Source: a candidate division FCPU426 bacterium
GTDB taxonomy: Bacteria; Oederibacteriota; Muellerivitia; Muellerivitales; Muellerivitaceae
Direction of reading: 5' to 3'
Assembly: GCA_963738405.1 (NCBI GenBank)
Contig: CAVTWJ010000019.1
Span: 1-64,000 of the forward strand
Length of the DNA: 64,000 nt
How positions within the stretch are numbered: the first letter of the stretch is position 1; each line of letters opens with the position of its first letter. The notes below the pieces were generated by a model. The model did not search any database. It saw nothing but the letters and a program-made list of their open reading frames with translations, and had not been told where the DNA came from. The translations under genes were made by a program, and so were the position numbers. Shown piece by piece: positions 22,113 through 30,780 of the stretch.

Positions 22113-23126
22113 TTAATGTTTTGTCCATTTTAATATATGCATCCCATCCTCATTTGCCCACATTTGAAAAACATCTCCTCGGATATCCAACTGAATTTCA
22201 TTCTGTGAAGTTTGTTTATTAAAGGAATCAAGAGAAATCGGAATTTCGGAAATCTTCTGACCGGTTTGGGAATAAACCATTACGTCGGCCTCTTCATAGG
22301 GGTCTTCTATGCCAGGGCCTACGGAATATCTGCAAAAGAAAAAGAAATTTCCATTATCATCAACACCAATCAGATTAGTGAGCGGTCTTACATGAAATTT
22401 CCCTACCAATTTCTTTTCTATTCTTATTACAACTTTATCGGAATCAATCCGTCGGTTTATTTTCCTTAAATGTTCATTAATTTTTTTCGTATCAATAACA
22501 AAGGAATCACGATCCTTTTTTTCGACATCAAGATTTTGTGGGGGTAGCTTTTCTGGTTTATCCCCGTTGTCCGTAATGGTGAGGGCCTTGTTGTTTTTCA
22601 AATCATAAACAATCCCATTTTTTTCATAACTAAAATTAAAATTCTTGAAAACCTCTCGTGTCCCATCAGGTTTAGTAAGAATAAAACCTGATCCTTTTCC
22701 CTCTTCAAGATTTAAACCGTAAACATTTCCCTCTTCATCCGCTAACACAAACCCACCCGTCTTTTCCATCCCGATCGTCTTGATCAAACCACCGTCAGCA
22801 GAAATAATAAATATTTTTTTATTAAATGAATCCAAGAAGTAAACATTATCATTACCATCGATTTTTAAAATCCTTGGCCAATGATACGTATATTTTTTTC
22901 CACCAAGATTCATACCATGATAAATATTATCGCTTTCGTTTTTTTGTAAGCCAACTTCATCCGAACCGACACCCCATTTGTAAAATCCAATCTCCTTCTT
23001 TGTGAAGCTAATCGGAGCTGAAGAGGTTTGGCTAAACGCAAGAGAGTTTGAAAAAACAAAAAACAAAATTGAAATTGAGATCACTTTTTGCCAATTATTA
23101 ACCATCGTTGAGTTTCTCAAATTCAT
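22113..23126 (-). CDS. Secreted hypothetical protein with beta-propeller-like (NHL-like) segments
   Basis: GGGAGA RBS before MNLRNS; signal peptide; IDGNDNVYFLDSFNKKI and GVDDNGNFFF strands; AT-rich. Confidence 0.65.
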   Translation of the reverse strand: MNLRNSTMVNNWQKVISISILFFVFSNSLAFSQTSSAPISFTKKEIGFYKWGVGSDEVGLQKNESDNIYHGMNLGGKKYTYHWPRILKIDGNDNVYFLDSFNKKIFIISADGGLIKTIGMEKTGGFVLADEEGNVYGLNLEEGKGSGFILTKPDGTREVFKNFNFSYEKNGIVYDLKNNKALTITDNGDKPEKLPPQNLDVEKKDRDSFVIDTKKINEHLRKINRRIDSDKVVIRIEKKLVGKFHVRPLTNLIGVDDNGNFFFFCRYSVGPGIEDPYEEADVMVYSQTGQKISEIPISLDSFNKQTSQNEIQLDIRGDVFQMWANEDGMHILKWTKH

Positions 23127-23231
23127 TGAATCTCCCTCAGAAATAAAATCTGTAGGTGTTGAAGTGTCGGAAGGACTTGACGCTTGGCAATCCTCCATTT
23201 TCAAAAGACGGTCAAACCTTAAATATTGGCG

Positions 23232-23349
23232 ACACCATACCCTAATCAGCCCAAACACCCTTTATGACCCTTGTCATTCACTGGGCATAAGTTACACAAA
23301 ACACCCAACAGTTGGGCAAAAATAGTGACAACCAAAAATCCTTATTTTT
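23232..23349. repeat. 118-bp direct repeat, copy 1 (upstream of 22113..23126)
   Basis: Aligns without gaps to 24277..24394, e.g. tatgacccttgtcattcactgggcata and gcaaaaatagtgacaaccaaaaatccttatttt. Confidence 0.9.
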
Positions 23350-23480
23350 TTTGAAACTCCATAATACTACTCTCGGAAAATAACTTTTTTGATTTCGAAA
23401 CTTAGAACAATACATTTTCGGTCGGCCTCAGACGCAAAATTAAAAATACAATAACTTTTTCATCTTTATCCTATTTCGAA

Positions 23481-24212
23481 TTATTTCGTTATAGGGTCAG
23501 TTGCCATTGGGACAACTGTTTGAACCGCTTTATCACTTCTTTTGCCGCCCTCGCCAACAGTAACAATTGCAAAATAATATGTTGTGCCGTTCGTTAAATT
23601 TCCAATCGTGATATTAGTTTCTTTAAGCGGTGCTTCAATCCGCTTCTTGAAATCTTTTCCATCTTTTGATAAATAAATAAGATAAGCCATTTCACCCAGC
23701 GGCCTACCCTTAGAATCCGTATCCCAATTGTTTAAAGACTTATCCCAAGATAAATAAGCCGACCCATTTCCAGGTTTGATTTTGAAATTGATTGGCATTG
23801 CAGGTTTTTGAATTTTTCGAACTTTTCCAGATAAGCCAAACTCTTTTGTTTGTCCTTTCGTTTTTAAGCTTTCCTGCTTTTTTTCTTCCGCTTCGTGCGC
23901 TTCTTGCCGAGTTGGAGTATCCGAATGATGAATCAACGAATGTGGAATTTTCTTCTTCATTACTGGAGTTAAACTGACAGAAACGGTAGGAGTTACCATA
24001 ACAATAGGGAAAGGTGTTTGACTGATCGCAAATTCATTCGACGAAATATAAAAAATCGAAATAAAAAACACACCAAAAACAATAAAAGGAGCAACAGAAA
24101 AAAAGGTCGGACCCGAAATTGGAAAATTATGTCGCGAAGGGGGCTGTAGGACACCCTTAATCACTTTTCTTAACGACTCCGTCACAAACCGGTTTCCGCT
24201 TTTCTTTTTCAT
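23481..24212 (-). CDS. Membrane-anchored or secreted protein with a single C-terminal fibronectin type III domain
   Basis: GGAGG RBS; hydrophobic segment; PINFKIKPGNGSAYLSW...YLIY...NLTNGTTYYFAIVTV FN3 pattern. Confidence 0.75.
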   Translation of the reverse strand: MKKKSGNRFVTESLRKVIKGVLQPPSRHNFPISGPTFFSVAPFIVFGVFFISIFYISSNEFAISQTPFPIVMVTPTVSVSLTPVMKKKIPHSLIHHSDTPTRQEAHEAEEKKQESLKTKGQTKEFGLSGKVRKIQKPAMPINFKIKPGNGSAYLSWDKSLNNWDTDSKGRPLGEMAYLIYLSKDGKDFKKRIEAPLKETNITIGNLTNGTTYYFAIVTVGEGGKRSDKAVQTVVPMATDPITK

Positions 24213-24276
24213 TACATACCTCCCTGCCCCGATCAATTCCTAAAATTTCATTGGAAGTTTGATCGTTGATACTGGC

Positions 24277-24394
24277 ACACCATACCCCAAAAAGCCTAAA
24301 CAACTTCTATGACCCTTGTCATTCACTGGGCATACGTTACACAAAATACCCATTTGTTGTGCAAAAATAGTGACAACCAAAAATCCTTATTTTT
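24277..24394. repeat. 118-bp direct repeat, copy 2 (upstream of 23481..24212)
   Basis: Partner of 23232..23349, offset 1,045 bp. Confidence 0.9.
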
Positions 24395-24522
24395 CTCAAA
24401 AAACCAATATTAACCTGTTTGTATTCTTAAACATCTAACTCTTTCTTCTTGTTAAGCATCTAATAGAGTGATAATCCATAGCTGAATTAAGTGGAAACAA
24501 ATCATTTTGGAGGAAGTTCAAT

Positions 24523-24876
24523 ATGAAACGTTTATTCTTCATCACTGCTTTAATCCTTTTTGCTTCCTATGCCTTATCCGTTAAAGCCGCCAACCAACCT
24601 ACTCCTGGTACTAATCTCTCCGGAAATTCTGCGACGCCTCATCCACTTCTTCGCCAAGTTAACCTTGCGATGAAACAACAATGGCAGAAAATTATGGCCG
24701 ACCAAAAAAGCGGAAAATTGACTTTAGATCAATCAAAGGCTTTAAGGGAAAAGCTAAAGGACATTCACACTCAAGAAGTTGGATTCTTTAAAAATGATCC
24801 GAACCATGAATTAACTTCAGACCAGGCCGCACAATTGAACCAACAATTGCAAACCACGGCGCAATCTATCCCTTAA
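24523..24876 (+). CDS. Small secreted helical protein (paralogue 1)
   Basis: GGAGG RBS; signal peptide; KAANQ.T.GTN.SG, KSGKLT..Q and NH.LTSDQ motifs shared with the next gene. Confidence 0.8.
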   Translation: MKRLFFITALILFASYALSVKAANQPTPGTNLSGNSATPHPLLRQVNLAMKQQWQKIMADQKSGKLTLDQSKALREKLKDIHTQEVGFFKNDPNHELTSDQAAQLNQQLQTTAQSIP

Positions 24877-24896
24877 CTTTTTAGATAGGATACGTT

Positions 24897-25268
24897 ATGA
24901 AAAACTTGTTCTTCGTCTTAACTTTGATTCTTTTATTTTCCTGCGCCTCTAATGCAAAGGCCGCTAATCAGCAAACGACCGGAACCAATCCTTCTGGCAT
25001 GTCCGGGGCGATCAATCCTCCGGTAAACCCAACCGGTATTCGCATTATGAATCAATGGAAGCTCATCACGACTGGCCTGAAAAGCGGAAAATTAACCGAG
25101 CAACAAGCGGTGATTCTGCGGGATAGTCTGAAGTCCATTCATAAACAACAATCTACCTTTTTGAGGACCAACACCAACCACCAACTGACTTCTGACCAGC
25201 AGAGTCAGTTGGATACACTTTTAGATAAGAATTCCCAATTGTTGGGTGAGACCCCAGTTTCCAATTAA
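24897..25268 (+). CDS. Small secreted helical protein (paralogue 2)
   Basis: Tandem paralogue of 24523..24876. Confidence 0.8.
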   Translation: MKNLFFVLTLILLFSCASNAKAANQQTTGTNPSGMSGAINPPVNPTGIRIMNQWKLITTGLKSGKLTEQQAVILRDSLKSIHKQQSTFLRTNTNHQLTSDQQSQLDTLLDKNSQLLGETPVSN

Positions 25269-25274
25269 CTTTTT

Positions 25275-25320
25275 TAAACAAAAAAGCCTACGCTTAATTT
25301 AGTTTCGGCTTTTTTGTTTA
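25275..25320. terminator. Probable bidirectional terminator
   Basis: taaacaaaaaagcc...ggcttttttgttta perfect 14-bp inverted repeat between convergent genes. Confidence 0.7.
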
Positions 25321-25490
25321 TACATACAAATGACTTCATTGATATTTGCATTACCAAGTTACAGCCCCCCAATGTTTATTCGACATTGGGGCTATCAAGA
25401 CCAGCGCCTTAGCCCTGGACCTTTTATTTTCGGGTCCGGGACACCTAAACCCCGCATCTCGACTTGAAATCTCGATACAAAAGCTTGCTT

Positions 25491-27605
25491 TTAAGGTGCA
25501 GATACCCTTTCCACCCTGGTCACCTGCGGGTCCTGGGTAAGCTGATGCACCCAAACCTTTAAGTCGATCGGCTGGGTGGAAACCACTTCCCCCGGGTAAT
25601 TCAGGTCGCTTTTGGTGGTCACCACCCCCTCCACCAAAAACACGTCCGTAGTGCCTTCAAGGCCCAGCCATTGGGGAGGCTGGGTGGGTTTGAAGAAAGC
25701 CACCCATTTCTTATCTTGGATTTCCTGAATCTTGGCGGGCGGGTAATTCTCGTAGAAAAACTGGGCCTGGTAGCCTTCGACGATTTCGGCTTTCAAGTTC
25801 CCTAGCCAGGTCGGGATATCGTGGTAGCTGGGGCCGAAAAGAGTGTCCGCGAAATTCTTCACGAACATCTGGAACGCCTGAATCCTAGCTTGATCCGCGG
25901 GAGAGAGTGTTGAACCCGGGTTCTGGTCGGCGGCCTGAGTCGGCGCTGGTTTCGGGGCGGCAACGACAGAAACAGTAGACCTGAATACCTTACGGGCAGA
26001 ACCGGAAGGCTTTTTCGTAACTTGTGGTGTGGGTACTTGCGCGGTTGATGTTGTAGGTGGTGCCGTCACCAAGCTTTCCTTGGCTTCTTCATGTCTTTGT
26101 GATGAAAAGGGATTTGCCGCCTCCGGCAGGTATTTACCCCAATAACCCCTCAACAACCAGGCGGCGATTAACAAGACCGCAAAGAAGGCCATGACTTCCC
26201 TTTTAGGGCTGAAGACTTCGTAAATAACCCAAAGAATAAACCCACCCAGAACAAGGGCCCAAACCGGGTCCCGAAGCGCCTGAGCGATGAACCCCAAAGG
26301 TATCTGAACCACGAGCAGGTGAAACAGGCTGCCCGTCAGGTTATCGAACCAGGACCGGGTGGAAGGTAATAGGTCCCCCACAAAATGCCCAATCAGGGCC
26401 AAGGTGATGACATAGGAGAAAGGAAGCAAAAGCAGGTAGATCGCCCAATGCCTAGCTAGGAGGACCAGACTGACCCCCCGGTGGGAACTGCCGGATGAAT
26501 AGCTGCTGGAGCCCCCGATGGGGACTAGCTTATTCGCCACATATTTGCAGGGATGATGGGGCAGGGCTAAAAACCTCCCTAAAAGTTTTAAGGCCGCCAT
26601 AACCCACTTAGGTACACGCTTGTCGATGGCTTGGCCTACCCTCGCGAACCAACTCAGGATTGAAGCCCCTGCCCCCTGCTTCTTAACTACCGGTTGGGTT
26701 GGAGTTTCGGTGGTTTTGTCCGTATTTTCCGGGGTACCTATTGAGGGGGTAGAACCCCCACCCCCACTAGAGCCTCCAGACCCGCCATTCCCCCCGCCAC
26801 CCGAACCACCCTCGTCCGATGGCCCGGAACCTGGGCCGCCGTCGGAACCCCCTCCGGGGGGCTTCTTTGAACCATAGGTTTCTGGCTTATTGCCATCCTT
26901 GACCCATTTGACCAGTTTTTTGGTTTCGGACTCGGTTAGGTACTCATCCATGACCACCCGAAGGGCCCTTTCGACCTGGATTGGGTCCCCCAGATCGGCC
27001 AAAGCCAAAAGGATTCGCTCGGTTATCAAAAAACCCTTATTTTTAAGCATCGGCAAGCGATGCTCGTTTTTAAGGGTTTTTTGAAGATTTTCGTCCACCA
27101 TGGCCCGAGCCTTCGAATTCATGGCAGAAGTAATCTTTAAAGCCCCCCTAACCTTAGTTAATCCCTTGCTTAACCTGGCGGCTAACTGCTCATGGGTTAG
27201 TTCGGGATGGATCCTGAAATCCTCCTCGATGGCTAAGTCCCAATCCCACCAGTCCATCTCCTCCTGGTCGTTATCCATTACAGCCCTATAGTGGGTTTCC
27301 TTGGGCGGGATATCCTCCACAATGCATTTCAAGGTCTTGGACTGGTTCAGGATCGCCGCCGCCCGCCTTCGGTGGCCGCCGATATGCATGACCCAGTTAC
27401 CCGGGTTAGCCGCTCTTTCCTCCTCGGTCAGAGGCCGGACGGAGGCGGGGACAAGCTGGCCCTTAGCCTTCATAGAAGCTGACAGTTCTTGGATGGTCTC
27501 TTTTTTTAAGGACCTCCGGGGCTGTTTGGGATTAACGAGAATTTGGTCGATGGGGATTTCGACGACCTGGCCAAGGGGATAGGGAAAATCGGCAGGAACA
27601 GACAT
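25491..27605 (-). CDS. ParB/Srx N-terminal domain + HTH fused to a multi-pass membrane region and a C-terminal extracytoplasmic domain
   Basis: IPIDQILVNPKQPR, IQELSASMKAKGQLVP and GHRRRAAA (ParB arginine patch); HTH LTHEQLAARL; Gly/Ser linker; about 4 TM helices; Pro/Thr linker. Confidence 0.8.
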   Translation of the reverse strand: MSVPADFPYPLGQVVEIPIDQILVNPKQPRRSLKKETIQELSASMKAKGQLVPASVRPLTEEERAANPGNWVMHIGGHRRRAAAILNQSKTLKCIVEDIPPKETHYRAVMDNDQEEMDWWDWDLAIEEDFRIHPELTHEQLAARLSKGLTKVRGALKITSAMNSKARAMVDENLQKTLKNEHRLPMLKNKGFLITERILLALADLGDPIQVERALRVVMDEYLTESETKKLVKWVKDGNKPETYGSKKPPGGGSDGGPGSGPSDEGGSGGGGNGGSGGSSGGGGSTPSIGTPENTDKTTETPTQPVVKKQGAGASILSWFARVGQAIDKRVPKWVMAALKLLGRFLALPHHPCKYVANKLVPIGGSSSYSSGSSHRGVSLVLLARHWAIYLLLLPFSYVITLALIGHFVGDLLPSTRSWFDNLTGSLFHLLVVQIPLGFIAQALRDPVWALVLGGFILWVIYEVFSPKREVMAFFAVLLIAAWLLRGYWGKYLPEAANPFSSQRHEEAKESLVTAPPTTSTAQVPTPQVTKKPSGSARKVFRSTVSVVAAPKPAPTQAADQNPGSTLSPADQARIQAFQMFVKNFADTLFGPSYHDIPTWLGNLKAEIVEGYQAQFFYENYPPAKIQEIQDKKWVAFFKPTQPPQWLGLEGTTDVFLVEGVVTTKSDLNYPGEVVSTQPIDLKVWVHQLTQDPQVTRVERVSAP

Positions 27606-27832
27606 AAGAGACCTCCGGCTTCATAGAATCGAACTGCTGATTTTTTATATTTAATTTAGACCAAATAATTTTTCCAGAAAAAAAAGCGGGACAATAAAAA
27701 ATTTACAAACCAAAACCGATTTCCGCACATTTTTTGGCGCTTGGAGACAAACTTTTTTCCCAAAATAAAAAAACCGCCCCCTGGAAGGAAGCTGCTCTAA
27801 TGACCCTTCAAAAACGGAAGGCTTAACGGCTT

Positions 27833-29698
27833 TTAAACCACATCCACTCGGTAGACCGGGATGGTCTTGCCGGACCACTTCTGCGCGAAACTGAGTTTCT
27901 CTGGCGCTAGGCTCTTTTCTTTCAAGAAATCCCTCACGCTGGGGGATTGGTAAAAATCTTCCGTAAAGCCAATCTGCCCCGCCTCGGCGATCGATTGGAT
28001 TTTCGCCCCCAGGTTCACGGTGTTCCCGAAATAATCGATACTGCTGTTCAAGTTCACCGCCAAGCAGCTTCCCGTGTTCAAGGTCACCCGAAGACGCAGT
28101 CGGGTATCGGGGTTCTTGCCGTTGAAATATTCCTGAAGCTCCACCGCCGCGGCAAGCGCGTCCTTGGAATCGCTAAAGGCCGCCATGACCGCGTCCCCGA
28201 TGGTCTTCACCACCGCTCCCCCGTGCTTTTTCACCACATCGTAGGCCTTGAGGAAATGGGCCCGCACTTCGGTAAAAGCCACCGTATCCCCCTCGGTCTC
28301 GTAGAATTTCGTGGACCCCACCAGGTCGGTGAACAAAACCGTCTGGACCCCCACTTCCAACTTAATGTCCGAGGCCAGGGCCTCCTTGGAAAACAAGTCC
28401 CGAAAACCCTGAAAGCTGAAAAGATCCACCGGCCTTAAGGCGTCCCGGTCCGTGTGGTTTTCCTCCAAAATGAACATCCGCGGTTCCGGCGAGGTGTTAT
28501 GGAGGACCACCGTCGGGAAATGCGAGCTCTTGAGATTTTGTTCGGTCAAATGGTCCTGCCATTTCACCTGGGTCTCCATTGTTTCCTCGTTGATATCCAA
28601 GAGGTTGTAAAGTTCCCGGCCCCCGATGCGCAGGCGGTAGCGGCCCAGGCTTAACAAGGTCGGCAGGGACAATTCGCTCCCCGGCGGCACCGTCTTTTGC
28701 ATCTTGATATGGGGTTTGGTGGCGGGTTCGGCGGCGCAATAGAGCCTTTTGTTGACCTGGCGGAGGGAGGGGTGCACATGGAAGGTCACTTCCAGCGTAT
28801 TGAAAGCGGTGGCGTCAAAATCCACCATGCAGACCGCGCAATTTCCACGTTTGGGAACCTGTCCCAACCCCCGGACCTCATCCCGCACTCCCCGGCAATG
28901 GGGACAAAGCACATCCCAGGTTAAAATCAAAAGTCCCAAGCGGGTGGCGTTAAGAAAGGCCAGTAATAGATCCTTCTCATTCACCTTCCAATCCCTCGCC
29001 AGGGGTTTCACCCGGATGCGGTAGATGGACTCGTCCGGTTCGGTGGCCACGTAACGGACCAGCTTTTCCGCGATCTCGGCCGATGTCCCGCTTTCCACCA
29101 GCTGAATTTTAAGACCCTTTAATTTATCCATAACGGGCGGAGGCAGTTTGGCCAGGACCGGCGGCTTGAGGGCCTCGTTTTTTTGAATTGCGGTTACGAT
29201 TTCTTGAAGGGCCTTGGCATAGCCCTTTTTCATCTGCTTCAGGCCGATGTTGATCAAAAGACGGCTGATAGGGCCGCGGGGCAGGAAAGAAAGGTAGGCG
29301 TAGAGACGGCATTTGCCGGGCTCCGGTTCCTCAAAAAGATATCGGGCCCTCATGTAATAGGGCAATCCCTCGCTGTAAATACGGGCGTGGCTGAACTGCT
29401 TTCCGTATTCCCATTCCCAGGGAACCTCTTCCCAAAACATCTTTTTTCCCACGTTGACGGCAAAACCCTGCATACGGCCGTTCTTCTCGGTGAACTTCAT
29501 TTCACCCAGCCCCACCCGCTTGTTGAAAGAGGAAAGGTCGGCAATATAAGGCCACAGCTTCTCAACGGGAACCGGCAGGTCGTACTTCCAGAAAAAATGC
29601 ATGGGCTTGCCCTTTTTAAGCCATTCGGCGGGCCAGGGATATTTCTCCAGAAATTCATTCAAGGTTATGGTTTTGGAAGCAGTTTCGGTCACGGACAC
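27833..29698 (-). CDS. Adenylate/guanylate cyclase with SRPBCC-like and DUF5939-like N-terminal regions
   Basis: TVLFTDLVGST, VKTIGDAVMAAF and DYFGNTVNLGAKI class III cyclase motifs; CPHC/CAVC Cys pairs. Confidence 0.9.
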   Translation of the reverse strand: MSVTETASKTITLNEFLEKYPWPAEWLKKGKPMHFFWKYDLPVPVEKLWPYIADLSSFNKRVGLGEMKFTEKNGRMQGFAVNVGKKMFWEEVPWEWEYGKQFSHARIYSEGLPYYMRARYLFEEPEPGKCRLYAYLSFLPRGPISRLLINIGLKQMKKGYAKALQEIVTAIQKNEALKPPVLAKLPPPVMDKLKGLKIQLVESGTSAEIAEKLVRYVATEPDESIYRIRVKPLARDWKVNEKDLLLAFLNATRLGLLILTWDVLCPHCRGVRDEVRGLGQVPKRGNCAVCMVDFDATAFNTLEVTFHVHPSLRQVNKRLYCAAEPATKPHIKMQKTVPPGSELSLPTLLSLGRYRLRIGGRELYNLLDINEETMETQVKWQDHLTEQNLKSSHFPTVVLHNTSPEPRMFILEENHTDRDALRPVDLFSFQGFRDLFSKEALASDIKLEVGVQTVLFTDLVGSTKFYETEGDTVAFTEVRAHFLKAYDVVKKHGGAVVKTIGDAVMAAFSDSKDALAAAVELQEYFNGKNPDTRLRLRVTLNTGSCLAVNLNSSIDYFGNTVNLGAKIQSIAEAGQIGFTEDFYQSPSVRDFLKEKSLAPEKLSFAQKWSGKTIPVYRVDVV

Positions 29699-29758
29699 AG
29701 ATCCCTCTCTAGTTGGTTCTCAGAACTTCAAAAAAACCTAAAAACAAAACCAATTTGA

Positions 29759-29788
29759 ACCGCCAAAACGCCAAGTTCGCCAAGAAAA
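29759..29788. repeat. CGCCAAG-type repeat, left arm flanking the GxxExxY gene
   Basis: accgccaaaacgccaagttcgccaagaaaa; inverted copy at 30224..30253 with 1 mismatch. Confidence 0.85.
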
Positions 29789-30208
29789 TCAAAGTTTTAT
29801 CTTTGGCTTAGACAAGATAATACGTTCCAAGCCCTTTTTTAGTGTCGGGGAATAGAAATTAATTAGCAGCCCAAGTTGAAGCCCTGATAACTTCAAATAG
29901 GTTAACACTTGGGCGCGATGTACTGGCAAGAGAGACTCAACGGCCTTTACTTCAACGATCAAGCGTTTTTGTACAAGCAAATCAATTCGAAAACCAACAT
30001 TTAATTTCACTTTCTCATAAACGAGTGGAACCGCTACTTGGCGTTCAACGCTTAAACCGCGCTGTCCAATTTCGTAGGCCAGACACGCCTCGTAAGCGCT
30101 TTCCAATAACCCCGGCCCAATGTTGAAATGCACTTTAAAGGCGGCGTCCACGACTTCTTTTGCAATTTTATCCAGCTCAATATCTGCTTCTTCAAAAGAT
30201 TTTCTCAT
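29789..30208 (-). CDS. GxxExxY protein (PD-(D/E)XK nuclease superfamily)
   Basis: GPGLLESAYEACL, FRIDLLV..IVEVKAV, AQVLTYLKL and GLLINF motifs. Confidence 0.93.
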   Translation of the reverse strand: MRKSFEEADIELDKIAKEVVDAAFKVHFNIGPGLLESAYEACLAYEIGQRGLSVERQVAVPLVYEKVKLNVGFRIDLLVQKRLIVEVKAVESLLPVHRAQVLTYLKLSGLQLGLLINFYSPTLKKGLERIILSKPKIKL

Positions 30209-30223
30209 TCGTTTCTCTTTTTC

Positions 30224-30253
30224 TTTTCTTGGCGAACTTGGCGTCTTGGCGGT
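30224..30253. repeat. CGCCAAG-type repeat, right arm flanking the GxxExxY gene
   Basis: ttttcttggcgaacttggcgtcttggcggt; inverted partner of 29759..29788. Confidence 0.85.
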
Positions 30254-30283
30254 GAAAACTTTGAGTCTTTCAGAGGTTACAGG

Positions 30284-30634
30284 TTAATTGTTTAGAAGTT
30301 GGTCCACTTTGGCGGCGCAAATAAAGTCGTTGTCGCTCATGCCGTTAATGGCGTGGGTATGGTATTTCACCTTGCAGGCCTTGTAGCTGACTTCCATATC
30401 GGGGTGATGGTCTTCCTTGTTCGAAAGAAAGGCCACCGCGTTAACGAAAGACATGGTCTCGTGAAAATTTTGGAAGGCATAGGTCTTGGCAATCTCCTTT
30501 CCATCGAACTCCCATCCGGGAAGCTGGGAAAGGTATCCCTTGATCATGACGATATTAAGGGGCTTGGTCCCGCCCTCGCAGGGAACACATTTTTTCTTAA
30601 GAATCTCTTCTTTAGATGGGACGGATTCGGCCAT
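30284..30634 (-). CDS. phhB: Pterin-4-alpha-carbinolamine dehydratase
   Basis: CVPCEGG, EDHHPD, THAINGMSDNDFICAAK motifs. Confidence 0.92.
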   Translation of the reverse strand: MAESVPSKEEILKKKCVPCEGGTKPLNIVMIKGYLSQLPGWEFDGKEIAKTYAFQNFHETMSFVNAVAFLSNKEDHHPDMEVSYKACKVKYHTHAINGMSDNDFICAAKVDQLLNN

Positions 30635-30780
30635 GAAAAACCTCCCTTAGCAGTCTGCAAAATTATAAATAAGCCACAAAGCAGACTGCCTATCCCAAAG
30701 ATTCCGGAGGAATCGTGGGGGTTCATTGAATGTTTACAAGCTTACTCTACGGGGAAGGATGCGGGGAAGTTACCGAAAAA

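Noticed and set aside
25491..27830. Plasmid or ICE partition locus
   Set aside because: No parA, obvious parS palindrome, integrase or conjugation genes in the window.
30650..30689. gcagtctgc...gcagactgc inverted repeat upstream of phhB
   Set aside because: Only 9 bp with a long loop; no supporting evidence.
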